Positions 10,495 to 20,141 of a stretch of DNA of 64,000 bases are shown in pieces. A model generated the notes under the pieces. That model was not told the origin of the DNA. It did no database searches and worked only from the letters and a program-made list of their open reading frames with translations. A program made the translations under genes and the position numbers. How positions within the stretch are numbered: the first letter of the stretch is position 1; every line of letters starts with the position of its first letter. Origin of the DNA: Pseudomonadota bacterium (GTDB lineage Bacteria; Desulfobacterota; Desulfobacteria; Desulfobacterales; RPRI01); assembly GCA_043825875.1 (NCBI GenBank), contig JBDRRF010000076.1:96001-160000 (forward strand), in the 5' to 3' direction.

Positions 10495-10968
10495 TTATTT
10501 TTTGCTATACTGCCCCAACACACTGGTGACTTTGGTGGGGTTTAATTTGCCAAAATAATCCCTGTTCACCATCATGGTGGGCGCCAAAAAACATGCACCA
10601 AGGCAGGCTACCGTTTCAAGGGTGAATTGATAATCAGCGCCGGTCTCACCTTCTTTCAGATTAAGTTCTTTTTGCACATGTCTGAGTATATTCCGGCTTC
10701 CCTTGACATGGCAGGCTGTCCCGCGGCAAACTCTTAGAACAAATCGTCCTTTGGGTTTTAATGAAAAACCGGAATAAAACGTAATCACACCCTGAACCTG
10801 AGTCGGGTACATATTAAGCGCTTCTGCAATAGGTTCAATGGATTCAGGAGGAACATACCCGAAGGTTTCCTGTACTTCCTGAAGTAACGGGATCAAACCC
10901 CATTTTTCATCCTGATGCTTTTCAATAATCTCTGTTAGCTTGTTCCGGTTGATCGGTTCAGGTTCCAT
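10495..10968 (-). CDS. NuoE/HydC-like [2Fe-2S] subunit
   Basis: CRGTAC...CLGAC ligand pattern. Confidence 0.9.
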   Translation of the reverse strand: MEPEPINRNKLTEIIEKHQDEKWGLIPLLQEVQETFGYVPPESIEPIAEALNMYPTQVQGVITFYSGFSLKPKGRFVLRVCRGTACHVKGSRNILRHVQKELNLKEGETGADYQFTLETVACLGACFLAPTMMVNRDYFGKLNPTKVTSVLGQYSKK

Positions 10969-11010
10969 TTTTAGTCTTACTCCTTAAAAATTTAATAGAA
11001 TAAAGGGGCC

Positions 11011-11165
11011 AAGGATTCGAGGAGTCAAGGGTTCAAGTGTTTAAAAGTTAATAATCTTGCCGGGGTTGTTATCTTTTCTTTCAACATCCCCGACACCTCT
11101 TTTTTGTTTTGAGTTGATTGTTTATATTTATTTTCCCACTTGAACCCTTGAATCCTTGAATCCTT
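11011..11165. repeat. Long intergenic inverted repeat built from 8-bp tandem units
   Basis: AAGGATTCGAGGAGTCAAGGGTTCAAGTG (11011-11039) is nearly the reverse complement of CACTTGAACCCTTGAATCCTTGAATCCTT (11137-11165). Confidence 0.75.
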
Positions 11166-11166
11166 T

Positions 11167-13839
11167 TTATAGTTTTTCTATTCTGACCTGGCAGAAATCA
11201 ACAGCACTTTTTTCCGCCTGCTTTATTTGTTCAAGATTAACAAGATTCATTACATCATTACTATTTACTGCCATTGGAATAAAAATATGCCCGGCAGGAA
11301 GAGAAGTATTTGTCTTAAATTCTCTTTCAATTGAACCGTATGCTGATTTCACTCTGATTCTTTTATCATCAACTAGCTCAAGCTTGCGACAATCGGATAC
11401 TGAAATCTCGATTTCACCCTTTTTATCATATAAACTGATTCTTTTTGAACGAGATGTTCTTGTTCCACTTCCCAAATGAAAGCGCAAAGTACCAATTCGG
11501 GCCGTTAAAGGATAATTCTCATCTTTTTGCAAAGTACTCTTTGGTGTAACAGAAGAAAATATAAATCGATTCCCGTTTCCGTTAAAAGGTGTTTTGGAAT
11601 CATTATTTTTAATCCAGTCCTGGCGATGATTTCCAAACCCTTCATACATGGGAACAACCCGCCTGATTTCCTGTCTTATTTTTTCTATTGTCTCGTATTG
11701 CTCAGGATATCCCATTTTCTTTGCCAAAAGGGAAAGAATCTGCCAATCCGCCTTTGCCTCACCCGGTGGTGATACCACTGCCGCAAATGTCTGGATACGA
11801 CCTTCCATATTGGTAAATGACCCGCTTTTTTCAGCAAATAAAGCCGCAGGAAGAATTACATCGGCAAGTTTTGCTAAGCGATTGTTTAATATGTCCTGGA
11901 CAACTATAAATTCTAATTTGCCAAGAGCAGCTTCTACCCTTTTTGGCTGGGGAAGTGCTCTTATAAGATTTTCTCCCATAATATATGCAGCTTTTAGTTG
12001 TCCGCTCTCAGCCGCTTCGATAAAGCCTGCCATGTCAAGCCCTGGTTCTAAAGGAAGTTTTACTTGCCACTTGTTTTCAAGTATTTTCCTGTTTTCATCA
12101 ATACCAAGAAAGCGTCGCCCTGGAAGAAAATCCGGAACAACACCCATATCAAAAGCACCTACCTGATTATTTTCTTCAACCGGAATATAAAAACCGCATC
12201 CTTTCTTACCAATACTTCCGGCAAGAAGACCCAGATTATACAAAGCATCAACAGTTCTCATGCCTTCCGGATTATGCAAAATATCAGGCCCGATAACAAA
12301 AGCGATATTTTTGCCTTTAATCGAATCTGCCGTTTTTTCCAAATCCTGATACTTTATCCCGTTTTGCCTTAATATCTTGTTATCATCCAATGCATTCAGG
12401 CTTTCGGCAAACGAGTCGAATCCTTCCGCATAACGGCCAACAAAATCCTTATCATAAGCTTTTTCTTTTAATATTATTTTAGATATTACATTTATCAAAT
12501 CAGCGTTTGATGCATCCAAGTGTTCAGGCGGTGAAGAACGTATCCATTGTTTGGCCAATGCAGAAAGATCGCTGCGTTCTGAATCCATAACAATCATAAA
12601 TGATCCGTTTCCGGCAGCTCTTTTGAGATGATAACCTGCAACCGGCACCGTATGATCGCAATCAACATTTACTGCAAAAATAACCTGGGCTTTTTTTAAA
12701 TCAGACAGCGGCGTAACCCGGCATGTTCCATATGTCTTTTTTTCAATATATGACAAAAGCATTTGTCCTGGTACATAACCGCCGTTTATCAGGTTAGAGG
12801 TTTGAAAAATTACACGGGCGATTTTCTGGAATAAATAATTTTCCTCATTGGAGCATTTTGATGATCCAATAAATGCGATGCTTTGCGGGCCGTGTTTTCT
12901 TTTGATTTCGGAAAGCTTTGCAGCAACAGTTTCCATTGCATTGTCCCAGGAAACTTTTACTTGCACATTTTTAAAATCTTCGTCTTTTTTTCTGATCATG
13001 GGGTGAGTGAGTCTGTCCGGCGAGTTGATATAATCGTTTGAAAAGTGACCTCTCACACAAAGAGTTACACCATTAACCGTTTGCTTATAATGCGACGGAT
13101 TAACTTCAACTATTTGCCCACCGGATACTCCTATGGTAAGAGAGCATCCTGCTCCGCAGAATCCGCAGATGGAATCATTTTCTCTTTCGGGCGTGCCTGC
13201 ATGGTGAAAGTATTTTGGCGCCAATGCGCCGGTAGGACATACGGAAACACATGTACCGCAAAATGTGCAATTGGAATTTTCTAAAAAAGTTTCATGAACC
13301 GTTGCGGGTCTTGATCTAAAACCACGGTTGTTATAGTCAATAGCTCCGGTGACTACAAGTTCGTGATCCGCACGGATGCATTTACCGCAAAGAATGCATT
13401 TGCTTAAATCCCTTGTTATGAAAGGGTTGATCTGCTCAAAGGGTTTGTAATTCGGCATTTTGTAAAGGCCATGCTCAGCCACACCTAATTTAGCTGCGAT
13501 TTTTCTAAGCTCACAGCGATTACCCTTACTACAGACAATACATGATTCAGGATGCTCTGCCATCATAAGGCGCACAATATTTCGGCGATGATTTAAAATA
13601 CGGGGGGTATCGGTTAGTATTACCATATCCTGCATTGCAGGAGTTACACATGAAGCCATTAAACGGCCGGATTTTTTATCTTCAACAAGACATATCCGGC
13701 AGGCCCCATATGGTTTAAGATCCGGATGAAAACACAGTGTGGGAATATAAATGCCATTTTGGGTTGCAGCTGTCAGGATGGTAGTTCCGGCATTACACGT
13801 AATCTTTTGATCATTGATATTGAACAAAATGTTTTCCAC
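11167..13839 (-). CDS. FdhA/NuoG-like molybdopterin-oxidoreductase-fold Fe-S subunit (apparently without the Mo/W ligand)
   Basis: N-terminal 2Fe-2S, HxxxCxxCxxxxxC, 2x[4Fe-4S] and CGFCGAGC motifs; EKSGSFTNMEGRIQ; no Cys or Sec at the usual ligand position. GTG start. Confidence 0.85.
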   Translation of the reverse strand: MENILFNINDQKITCNAGTTILTAATQNGIYIPTLCFHPDLKPYGACRICLVEDKKSGRLMASCVTPAMQDMVILTDTPRILNHRRNIVRLMMAEHPESCIVCSKGNRCELRKIAAKLGVAEHGLYKMPNYKPFEQINPFITRDLSKCILCGKCIRADHELVVTGAIDYNNRGFRSRPATVHETFLENSNCTFCGTCVSVCPTGALAPKYFHHAGTPERENDSICGFCGAGCSLTIGVSGGQIVEVNPSHYKQTVNGVTLCVRGHFSNDYINSPDRLTHPMIRKKDEDFKNVQVKVSWDNAMETVAAKLSEIKRKHGPQSIAFIGSSKCSNEENYLFQKIARVIFQTSNLINGGYVPGQMLLSYIEKKTYGTCRVTPLSDLKKAQVIFAVNVDCDHTVPVAGYHLKRAAGNGSFMIVMDSERSDLSALAKQWIRSSPPEHLDASNADLINVISKIILKEKAYDKDFVGRYAEGFDSFAESLNALDDNKILRQNGIKYQDLEKTADSIKGKNIAFVIGPDILHNPEGMRTVDALYNLGLLAGSIGKKGCGFYIPVEENNQVGAFDMGVVPDFLPGRRFLGIDENRKILENKWQVKLPLEPGLDMAGFIEAAESGQLKAAYIMGENLIRALPQPKRVEAALGKLEFIVVQDILNNRLAKLADVILPAALFAEKSGSFTNMEGRIQTFAAVVSPPGEAKADWQILSLLAKKMGYPEQYETIEKIRQEIRRVVPMYEGFGNHRQDWIKNNDSKTPFNGNGNRFIFSSVTPKSTLQKDENYPLTARIGTLRFHLGSGTRTSRSKRISLYDKKGEIEISVSDCRKLELVDDKRIRVKSAYGSIEREFKTNTSLPAGHIFIPMAVNSNDVMNLVNLEQIKQAEKSAVDFCQVRIEKL

Positions 13840-13871
13840 GATAAGCTCCTTTGGGCAAAATAAAGAAGTAT

Positions 13872-14747
13872 TTATTTTAAGCCGGCAGCATCAAAATATT
13901 TCCTCAACTTATCTTCCCCACCTATTGTAATAATATGCACGCCCTGGCAAAGCTGCTTTAAGCCTTTAATCGTATCCGAAAACAATTCTATGCTTGCTTG
14001 TTCTTTATCTGCTGCTTCGGAAAGTTTTCTTATCATCCATTCAGGCACTAATCCTGGCTTCATATGACGGTTTAAAAACTTTGCCATTCCTGCCGTACGT
14101 ATTATCAATACTTCAGCAATAACCGGGATCCCGAATGTATTCGTACGACCAAGAAATTTCTCAAAATGATCAAGATCAAATACCGGCGTAGTTAGAAAAT
14201 AACCCGTTCCAATTTGAATCATTTCTTCCATTTCTTTCATTTCAAGATCGGGAACATTTTTACCCCAAGCCGACTCCACACCTGATCCCATAAAAAATTC
14301 CGCACTGGCAGATAGTTCTTTTCCTTCTAAAGTTTGGCCCTTTCGCAGATGTTCAAGAACGGATTGCAACTTACCGGCATCCACATGGAAAAACATCATT
14401 TCATTAAGACTGTCGCCGGTAATACGGTAATCTTCAGTAAATACCAACAGATTATCTATACTGGATTCATGTGCATGCAGGAGGTCTTGTTGAAGCTGAA
14501 GTCGATCCTTATTTCTGGTAGTAGTTTGATATATGGGTTCAAAACGATTGTGTTTGAGGACATCACAAGCATTAATGCTATCAACGGCAACACCTTCAAA
14601 ATCAATCTCTGACAGTGATACGCCATCTACGCGGCCTCTGACAAGCTTCAGGCTTTCGATAAGTTCATTCGGATCCTTATCCATAGGGGACTGAAATTCA
14701 GAAGTCACAACAAAATCTTTTCGCTGAAGAGCTTCTTTAAGCTTCAT
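13872..14747 (-). CDS. Divergent MetF-like protein (second MTHFR paralogue)
   Basis: VTSEFQSP, TTTRNKDRLQLQ, GTGYFLTTPVFD and CQGVHII align with the MetF at 5774 but carry substitutions. Confidence 0.8.
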   Translation of the reverse strand: MKLKEALQRKDFVVTSEFQSPMDKDPNELIESLKLVRGRVDGVSLSEIDFEGVAVDSINACDVLKHNRFEPIYQTTTRNKDRLQLQQDLLHAHESSIDNLLVFTEDYRITGDSLNEMMFFHVDAGKLQSVLEHLRKGQTLEGKELSASAEFFMGSGVESAWGKNVPDLEMKEMEEMIQIGTGYFLTTPVFDLDHFEKFLGRTNTFGIPVIAEVLIIRTAGMAKFLNRHMKPGLVPEWMIRKLSEAADKEQASIELFSDTIKGLKQLCQGVHIITIGGEDKLRKYFDAAGLK

Positions 14748-14785
14748 TCGTACCTCCCTGGCATTAAGAATACTACACCATATTC

Positions 14786-15355
14786 TTACGATCCAAGCAA
14801 TCGTGCTACTTCGGTTTTTAATTGAGCAAGAGGAAAAGGTTTGGAAAAGCAGACATCGGCACCGTATTTTTTCATCTGATTAAATTTTTCTTCATCAAGA
14901 TATGCTGACAAAACTATAATTTTGGTATTTTTAGTTTCGTCATTACTCTTTATCGTTTTGCATACCTCATTTCCCTTAATATCAGGCATCATGATATCAA
15001 GAATTAAGAGATGAGGCTTAAAATGATTGACCTGGAGACCTGCCTCAAATCCGTCAGATGCAGAGATAACCTCATAGTCATTTTCATCTTCTTCCAGCGA
15101 TTGTACAATTGATTCAACAATTATGGGATCATCATCAACCACAAGAATTCTTTTGCGGGTATCTTTTGTCTCTTTTTCAGGAATCGGAATTCCTTGTTTT
15201 AGCATAAATGTTTCAAGGTCATTTATGCTGATACGGCGATGTCCTCCCGGAGTTTTATAAGCCTTGAAATATCCTGCATCGATCCAGTTTATAATGGTTT
15301 TAGATGATACTCTGCAATACTGGCCAGCTTGATATACTGTGAATATGTCATCCAT
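14786..15355 (-). CDS. Response regulator with an N-terminal excisionase-type HTH and a C-terminal receiver domain
   Basis: FTVYQAGQYCRVSSKTIINWIDAG...TPGGHRRI; ILVVDDD...LDIMMP...KP. Confidence 0.9.
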   Translation of the reverse strand: MDDIFTVYQAGQYCRVSSKTIINWIDAGYFKAYKTPGGHRRISINDLETFMLKQGIPIPEKETKDTRKRILVVDDDPIIVESIVQSLEEDENDYEVISASDGFEAGLQVNHFKPHLLILDIMMPDIKGNEVCKTIKSNDETKNTKIIVLSAYLDEEKFNQMKKYGADVCFSKPFPLAQLKTEVARLLGS

Positions 15356-15616
15356 ATCGGGACTCCTTTTTTTGCAAGATCTTTGCCCCTTGGAATACTC
15401 TGTTGAAATGGAGTGAAGAAGTTCAAATTAAAGCTTTTTGATTATTATATTAATTGCAGAATTATATCTTTGTCAAGATATATTTATAAAATAAATCATA
15501 AATATATATATTATAATGATTTATATATTAATTTTTTAACAATAAGTAACCAGCTGGATACTTACAAAGTTCCTATATTTTATTTATTATAGTTATTATA
15601 GTTTATATGGTTCATC

Positions 15617-17443
15617 TTAGTCCTGTTTTACAGGCAGTAAAATTGTAAACTCAGCTCCTTCGCCGGGGGCGCTTTTTACCTTTATATCACCGCCATGATC
15701 TTGTATAAACCCATAGCAAACGGATAACCCAAGCCCGACCCCTTTTACGCTGGGCTTTGTAGTAAAAAAACTGTCAAATATTTTATCAATATTTTCTTCC
15801 AAAATTCCGCCACCGGTATCTGTAAACCGTATGTTAACAAATCCATTTGACTCAAAAGTCTTAACTGTAAATGTACCACCATCTATCATTGCATCCTTTG
15901 CATTTGAAACCATGTTTAAAAAAACCTGACGTAACTGGTTAGTTGATGCTATTACTTTATTTATTTTATTATCGAATTCCGTCTTTATTTTTATGCTGTT
16001 TTCCTGGAATTGTTTCTCATAAAGCATCATTATTTCATCTAATATAACATTTACATCCACAGGTTTCTTTTCCTCATACTCGGGCTTTGAAAAAGACAGC
16101 ATTTTGCGAAGCATTTCTGCAAGCCGGACAATTTCTGAAAGTGACATATCCAGCAATTTTCGTCTTTTATTTTCAGGCGAAATTTCCGTTTTTAACAATT
16201 CAAGTGTATTCATAATTCCATAAAGAGGATTATTAAGCTCATGTGCTATCTGTGATGTAAGGCGTCCCATTGCCGCCAGTTTTTCCGACTGCAAGAGTTG
16301 TTCGCGTGTATCTCTTAGCGTGTGCTCCATCTCAATCCGTTCGGTAATATCAACAAATGACCCTACTGATGTAACCTCATTACCATTATCATCATAAATC
16401 ATGGCAGCAGACAAATTGCCCTCAATAGTCTTTCCATCCTTACGCACATAATGCACGGGTTGAGAACGGAACATGCCAACACCGCCATGTTCAGGGCTGC
16501 GTATCATCTTCATGATTTTATGTGCCATGCCTTCAGGATAAATTTTACTTATATTCATTTTACCTATTACTTCGCTGGCCGGATATCCAAGCATGTCTTC
16601 TGCTGCCCGATTCCAGATAATAATATTGCCCTTAATATCGGCAGCCATAATTGCATCAGGTGAATTTTGAATAATCTTGTTCATAAAATCCCGTGCTTCT
16701 TTAAGCCTTCTTTCCATCTCATACCGGTGGGATTGGTCAACAACTATTCCCTCATAGCCTACGATATTGCCATTAAGGTCATACCGGACATGGCTTGTCA
16801 TCAAAACCGGAATGGAGCTTTTATCTTTTCGCTTAAAAATTGCCGCATAATCTATAACACGCCCATCTCTTTCTATCATTTTCTGAAACTCTCGCCTATC
16901 ATCAGGGTGAGTATAAAGATCAGTAATGATATTTATTTTTAAGAATTCTTCTTTGCTTGAATATCCCAGCATATCGAGTATACCCTGATTTACATCAATA
17001 AACTTACCATCCTTTGTGCTGATATAAACACCAACTCCTACATGCTCAAACAAATTACGGTAGTCTTCAACGGATGCTTTTAATATGGCTTCATGCTGTT
17101 TACGGTAAGTAATATCCCGATAGATAAATATGCTTGAAAACGTACTATCTGAATTTTCCAATGATATTTTCTTTACCATAAAAGTTTTATCAATTTTTGG
17201 AATATAAAGCTCCTGCTGAAACTCTTCTTCGTTTAAAGTTCGGTCCTGACCTTTCACAGTGCACCATGGACAGATATCATTACTGTCATTAATTATCTTA
17301 TAACATTTTTTGCCAACACCTTTACCAAACATACGAATCATGCTCAGATTCATAAACTCTATTTTAAAATCCTGGGCAATTACATAAATTCCGTCTTCCA
17401 GATTATCAAGAATTGCATTTAACTTCTGCTTTTCGTAATCCAT
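15617..17443 (-). CDS. Cytoplasmic multi-PAS sensor histidine kinase
   Basis: Three PAS-like segments, AHELNNPL H-box, N box NAKDAM, DTGGG, FFTTK and GLGLSV; no obvious transmembrane helix. Confidence 0.92.
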   Translation of the reverse strand: MDYEKQKLNAILDNLEDGIYVIAQDFKIEFMNLSMIRMFGKGVGKKCYKIINDSNDICPWCTVKGQDRTLNEEEFQQELYIPKIDKTFMVKKISLENSDSTFSSIFIYRDITYRKQHEAILKASVEDYRNLFEHVGVGVYISTKDGKFIDVNQGILDMLGYSSKEEFLKINIITDLYTHPDDRREFQKMIERDGRVIDYAAIFKRKDKSSIPVLMTSHVRYDLNGNIVGYEGIVVDQSHRYEMERRLKEARDFMNKIIQNSPDAIMAADIKGNIIIWNRAAEDMLGYPASEVIGKMNISKIYPEGMAHKIMKMIRSPEHGGVGMFRSQPVHYVRKDGKTIEGNLSAAMIYDDNGNEVTSVGSFVDITERIEMEHTLRDTREQLLQSEKLAAMGRLTSQIAHELNNPLYGIMNTLELLKTEISPENKRRKLLDMSLSEIVRLAEMLRKMLSFSKPEYEEKKPVDVNVILDEIMMLYEKQFQENSIKIKTEFDNKINKVIASTNQLRQVFLNMVSNAKDAMIDGGTFTVKTFESNGFVNIRFTDTGGGILEENIDKIFDSFFTTKPSVKGVGLGLSVCYGFIQDHGGDIKVKSAPGEGAEFTILLPVKQD

Positions 17444-17707
17444 GTTTTTCCTTTAAGATAAGTATATAAATAATTGATGGCCAATGTTATATAAAGCTTT
17501 CCATTTCTTGACATTATAGTATCATACCAGTATATCTTAACATAGAATATGTTATTTGCAATTTCCGTTCAATAGCAATATGAATATTAATTACCATTTA
17601 TTCTTCATCTTTTTTTGATAAGCTTATTATTAAATTAATTTTTCTCACTTCAAGGCTTATAATGATGAAAGATGAAATATCCCTGATTATATTTTAAGGA
17701 TACAAAA

Positions 17708-19504
17708 ATGATTGATATCAGTAAATATTGTCCTGAATATTTGTTGTCGGCTATTCCACAACCTTTTGAAATTGCAAAAAAGGCCGCAACACTTGATGAA
17801 TTCAGGCTTGAAATAGCCGATTATGTTCATACTATGCATTATGAAATGTTTGATGATGATGATTTATCAAGCGAAAGCAGAATTATTCGCGTCAGGGATT
17901 GTGCACGAGCCATCAACAGGGCATTTATTCGTCAGTCGGAAGAAAAAGCACAATTTTCCATATCCCAGGCAATTTCTGATATAGCCCATAAAGTTCCGCG
18001 ACCTGATCTTTCTCCGGCATTTTATGCTGAAATACTTAATTTGTTTTTGGGTTTGCAAGGAAAAGGGCCTGCTCCTCGTTTTGCAGATTCGTATCTGGAA
18101 CCCAGCCACCTTGAAGGACGTGAAGCTGCTCTTGAGCGAAGCGATCAACTGGATGCTCTTTCTGTGGAAATGTACAGACAAACAAGCAAATACACGGATG
18201 GCTTAAACGAAGATTCAGTTAATCGCCGCAGTATGCGCAAAAATCATATTCTTCAAAAACTCGGAGCAACGCCTGAAAACTGGTATGACTGGCGCTGGCA
18301 GTTTCAAAATGTTTTACGTGATGTTAACCAGATTAAAAATCTTTTAAATCTGACTCCGGATGAAGCTGCTGCTATTGAAAAAGTAAGAAAAAATAAAATA
18401 CCTTTTGGTATTACTCCCTATTATCTTTCTCTTATGGATGATGACCCTGATTCGGGAAGAGACCGCTCCATCCGGGCCCAGGTTATTCCACCTTCAACAT
18501 ATATAGAACAGCTTGCATTAAGAGATGATAAAGATAAATCCTGCTTTGATTTTATGTGTGAAAGTGATACATCTCCTATAGATCTTATAACCCGCAGATA
18601 TCCGGAAATCTGCATTTTTAAACCTTTTAATACATGCCCTCAAATCTGTGTTTATTGCCAGAGAAACTGGGAAATCGAAGATGCAATGATGCCGGGCGCT
18701 TTGGCTTCAGATCAAAAAATTATGGAAGCAGTATCATGGATTAAAGCACATCCGGCCATCCAAGAAGTTCTGATTACCGGCGGTGATCCTTTTGGAATGA
18801 ATGATTATGATATAGACCGTATAATTTCATTGATAGCAGACATACCTTCAGTTGAACGAATTCGTATAGGCACCAGAACATTGGTAACAGCTCCCATGCG
18901 GCTTACGGAAACACTTGCGGATATTCTGGCCAAATACCGGATTCCAGGAAAAAGGCAGATTGCCGTTGTTACTCATGTACAGCACGCATATGAGCTTACT
19001 CCTGAAACACTTGCAGCAATTGAAAAACTAAAAACCAGGGGTATCCCGGTTTTTAACCAGCTAGTATATACATTTTATGTTTCAAGGCGTTTTGAAGCAG
19101 CATTTTTAAGAAAAACTCTTACCAATTGTGGCATAGAACCATATTATACTTTCAACACCAAGGGCAAGGAAGAAACTATTGAATACAGGGTGCCGATAGC
19201 ACGCCTGCTTCAGGAACAAAAAGAAGAGACACGTTTGTTTCCAGGCCTTGTCCGAACGGATGAAGCAGTTTATAATGTGCCGGGCATGGGCAAGAACTAC
19301 CTTAGGGCTGTTCAGCATCGCGATCTTCTTTCCGTACTGCCGGACGGCTCACGCCTTTATCAATTTCATCCATGGGAAAAAAATATTACGAAAACACTTT
19401 CAACTTACATAGGACAGGATGTACCTATTCTTGACTATCTTTGCAGGCTTGAAGATGTTGGCGAAGATCCGGATAATTACAACACAATCTGGTATTATTT
19501 TTGA
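17708..19504 (+). CDS. KamA-family (lysine 2,3-aminomutase-like) radical SAM protein with a long N-terminal extension
   Basis: WYDWRWQ, ITPYY, TRRYP, CPQICVYCQR, LITGGDP, RIGTR and PGMGK motifs. Confidence 0.85.
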   Translation: MIDISKYCPEYLLSAIPQPFEIAKKAATLDEFRLEIADYVHTMHYEMFDDDDLSSESRIIRVRDCARAINRAFIRQSEEKAQFSISQAISDIAHKVPRPDLSPAFYAEILNLFLGLQGKGPAPRFADSYLEPSHLEGREAALERSDQLDALSVEMYRQTSKYTDGLNEDSVNRRSMRKNHILQKLGATPENWYDWRWQFQNVLRDVNQIKNLLNLTPDEAAAIEKVRKNKIPFGITPYYLSLMDDDPDSGRDRSIRAQVIPPSTYIEQLALRDDKDKSCFDFMCESDTSPIDLITRRYPEICIFKPFNTCPQICVYCQRNWEIEDAMMPGALASDQKIMEAVSWIKAHPAIQEVLITGGDPFGMNDYDIDRIISLIADIPSVERIRIGTRTLVTAPMRLTETLADILAKYRIPGKRQIAVVTHVQHAYELTPETLAAIEKLKTRGIPVFNQLVYTFYVSRRFEAAFLRKTLTNCGIEPYYTFNTKGKEETIEYRVPIARLLQEQKEETRLFPGLVRTDEAVYNVPGMGKNYLRAVQHRDLLSVLPDGSRLYQFHPWEKNITKTLSTYIGQDVPILDYLCRLEDVGEDPDNYNTIWYYF

Positions 19505-19524
19505 CCGGTCTTTTCACAAGTCCA

Positions 19525-20118
19525 TCAAATATTAATCACCTTATCTGCTACCTGCATAGCTGTAACTATATCCAGCATGTTGGTAGTCTCACCAACTTTC
19601 TTTTTTTCAAGCAATTTGAAATGATCAAGACATGTCCCACACACAAGTATAGTAATGCCGCTTTCTTCCAGCTCTTTTAATGCTTTAAGAGCAGCTGATC
19701 CTTCTGTCGTAAGCTTTACTCCATTATTTACAAATACAAGCCTCCAAAGCTCTTTACCCATCTCTTTCAGCGTTTTGATAAAATTTACAATAAGTTTTTT
19801 ACCAAGTTCGTCATCGCCATAACCCATTCTGTCTGTGGCCACCATAACCATTATTTTTTTTTCACTGCTTCCGGATTGTTTATCTTTTTTAGGCAACAAT
19901 TTTTCTTCACAAGCTCCGGCTATAATGAAATCCTGATCTTTCTGCTTAACGGAGGTTTTGAAACCCTGATTTTCCAAAAATCTGCTTACATTCTGCCTGG
20001 CAGCTTCATTATCAACAATAACCACAATTTCTTTTACACCTTCGGTTTCAACAGCAGCCTTAGTTTGAAGCACAGGTGCCGGGCAGGATAGGCCGCGGGC
20101 ATCTATTTCTTTTTTCAT
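19525..20118 (-). CDS. yedF: Selenium-metabolism sulfurtransferase-like protein YedF (TusA plus DsrE-like domains)
   Basis: IDARGLSCPAPV, NGVKL, VCGTCLDHF and TNMLDI motifs. Start set at MKKEID after a GAGGGAG RBS. Confidence 0.85.
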   Translation of the reverse strand: MKKEIDARGLSCPAPVLQTKAAVETEGVKEIVVIVDNEAARQNVSRFLENQGFKTSVKQKDQDFIIAGACEEKLLPKKDKQSGSSEKKIMVMVATDRMGYGDDELGKKLIVNFIKTLKEMGKELWRLVFVNNGVKLTTEGSAALKALKELEESGITILVCGTCLDHFKLLEKKKVGETTNMLDIVTAMQVADKVINI

Positions 20119-20141
20119 TGATTCTCCCTCACAATTAATTC

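Noticed and set aside
11167..13839. Calling this gene a true formate dehydrogenase (fdhA)
   Set aside because: No Cys/Sec-His active-site motif and no in-frame UGA.
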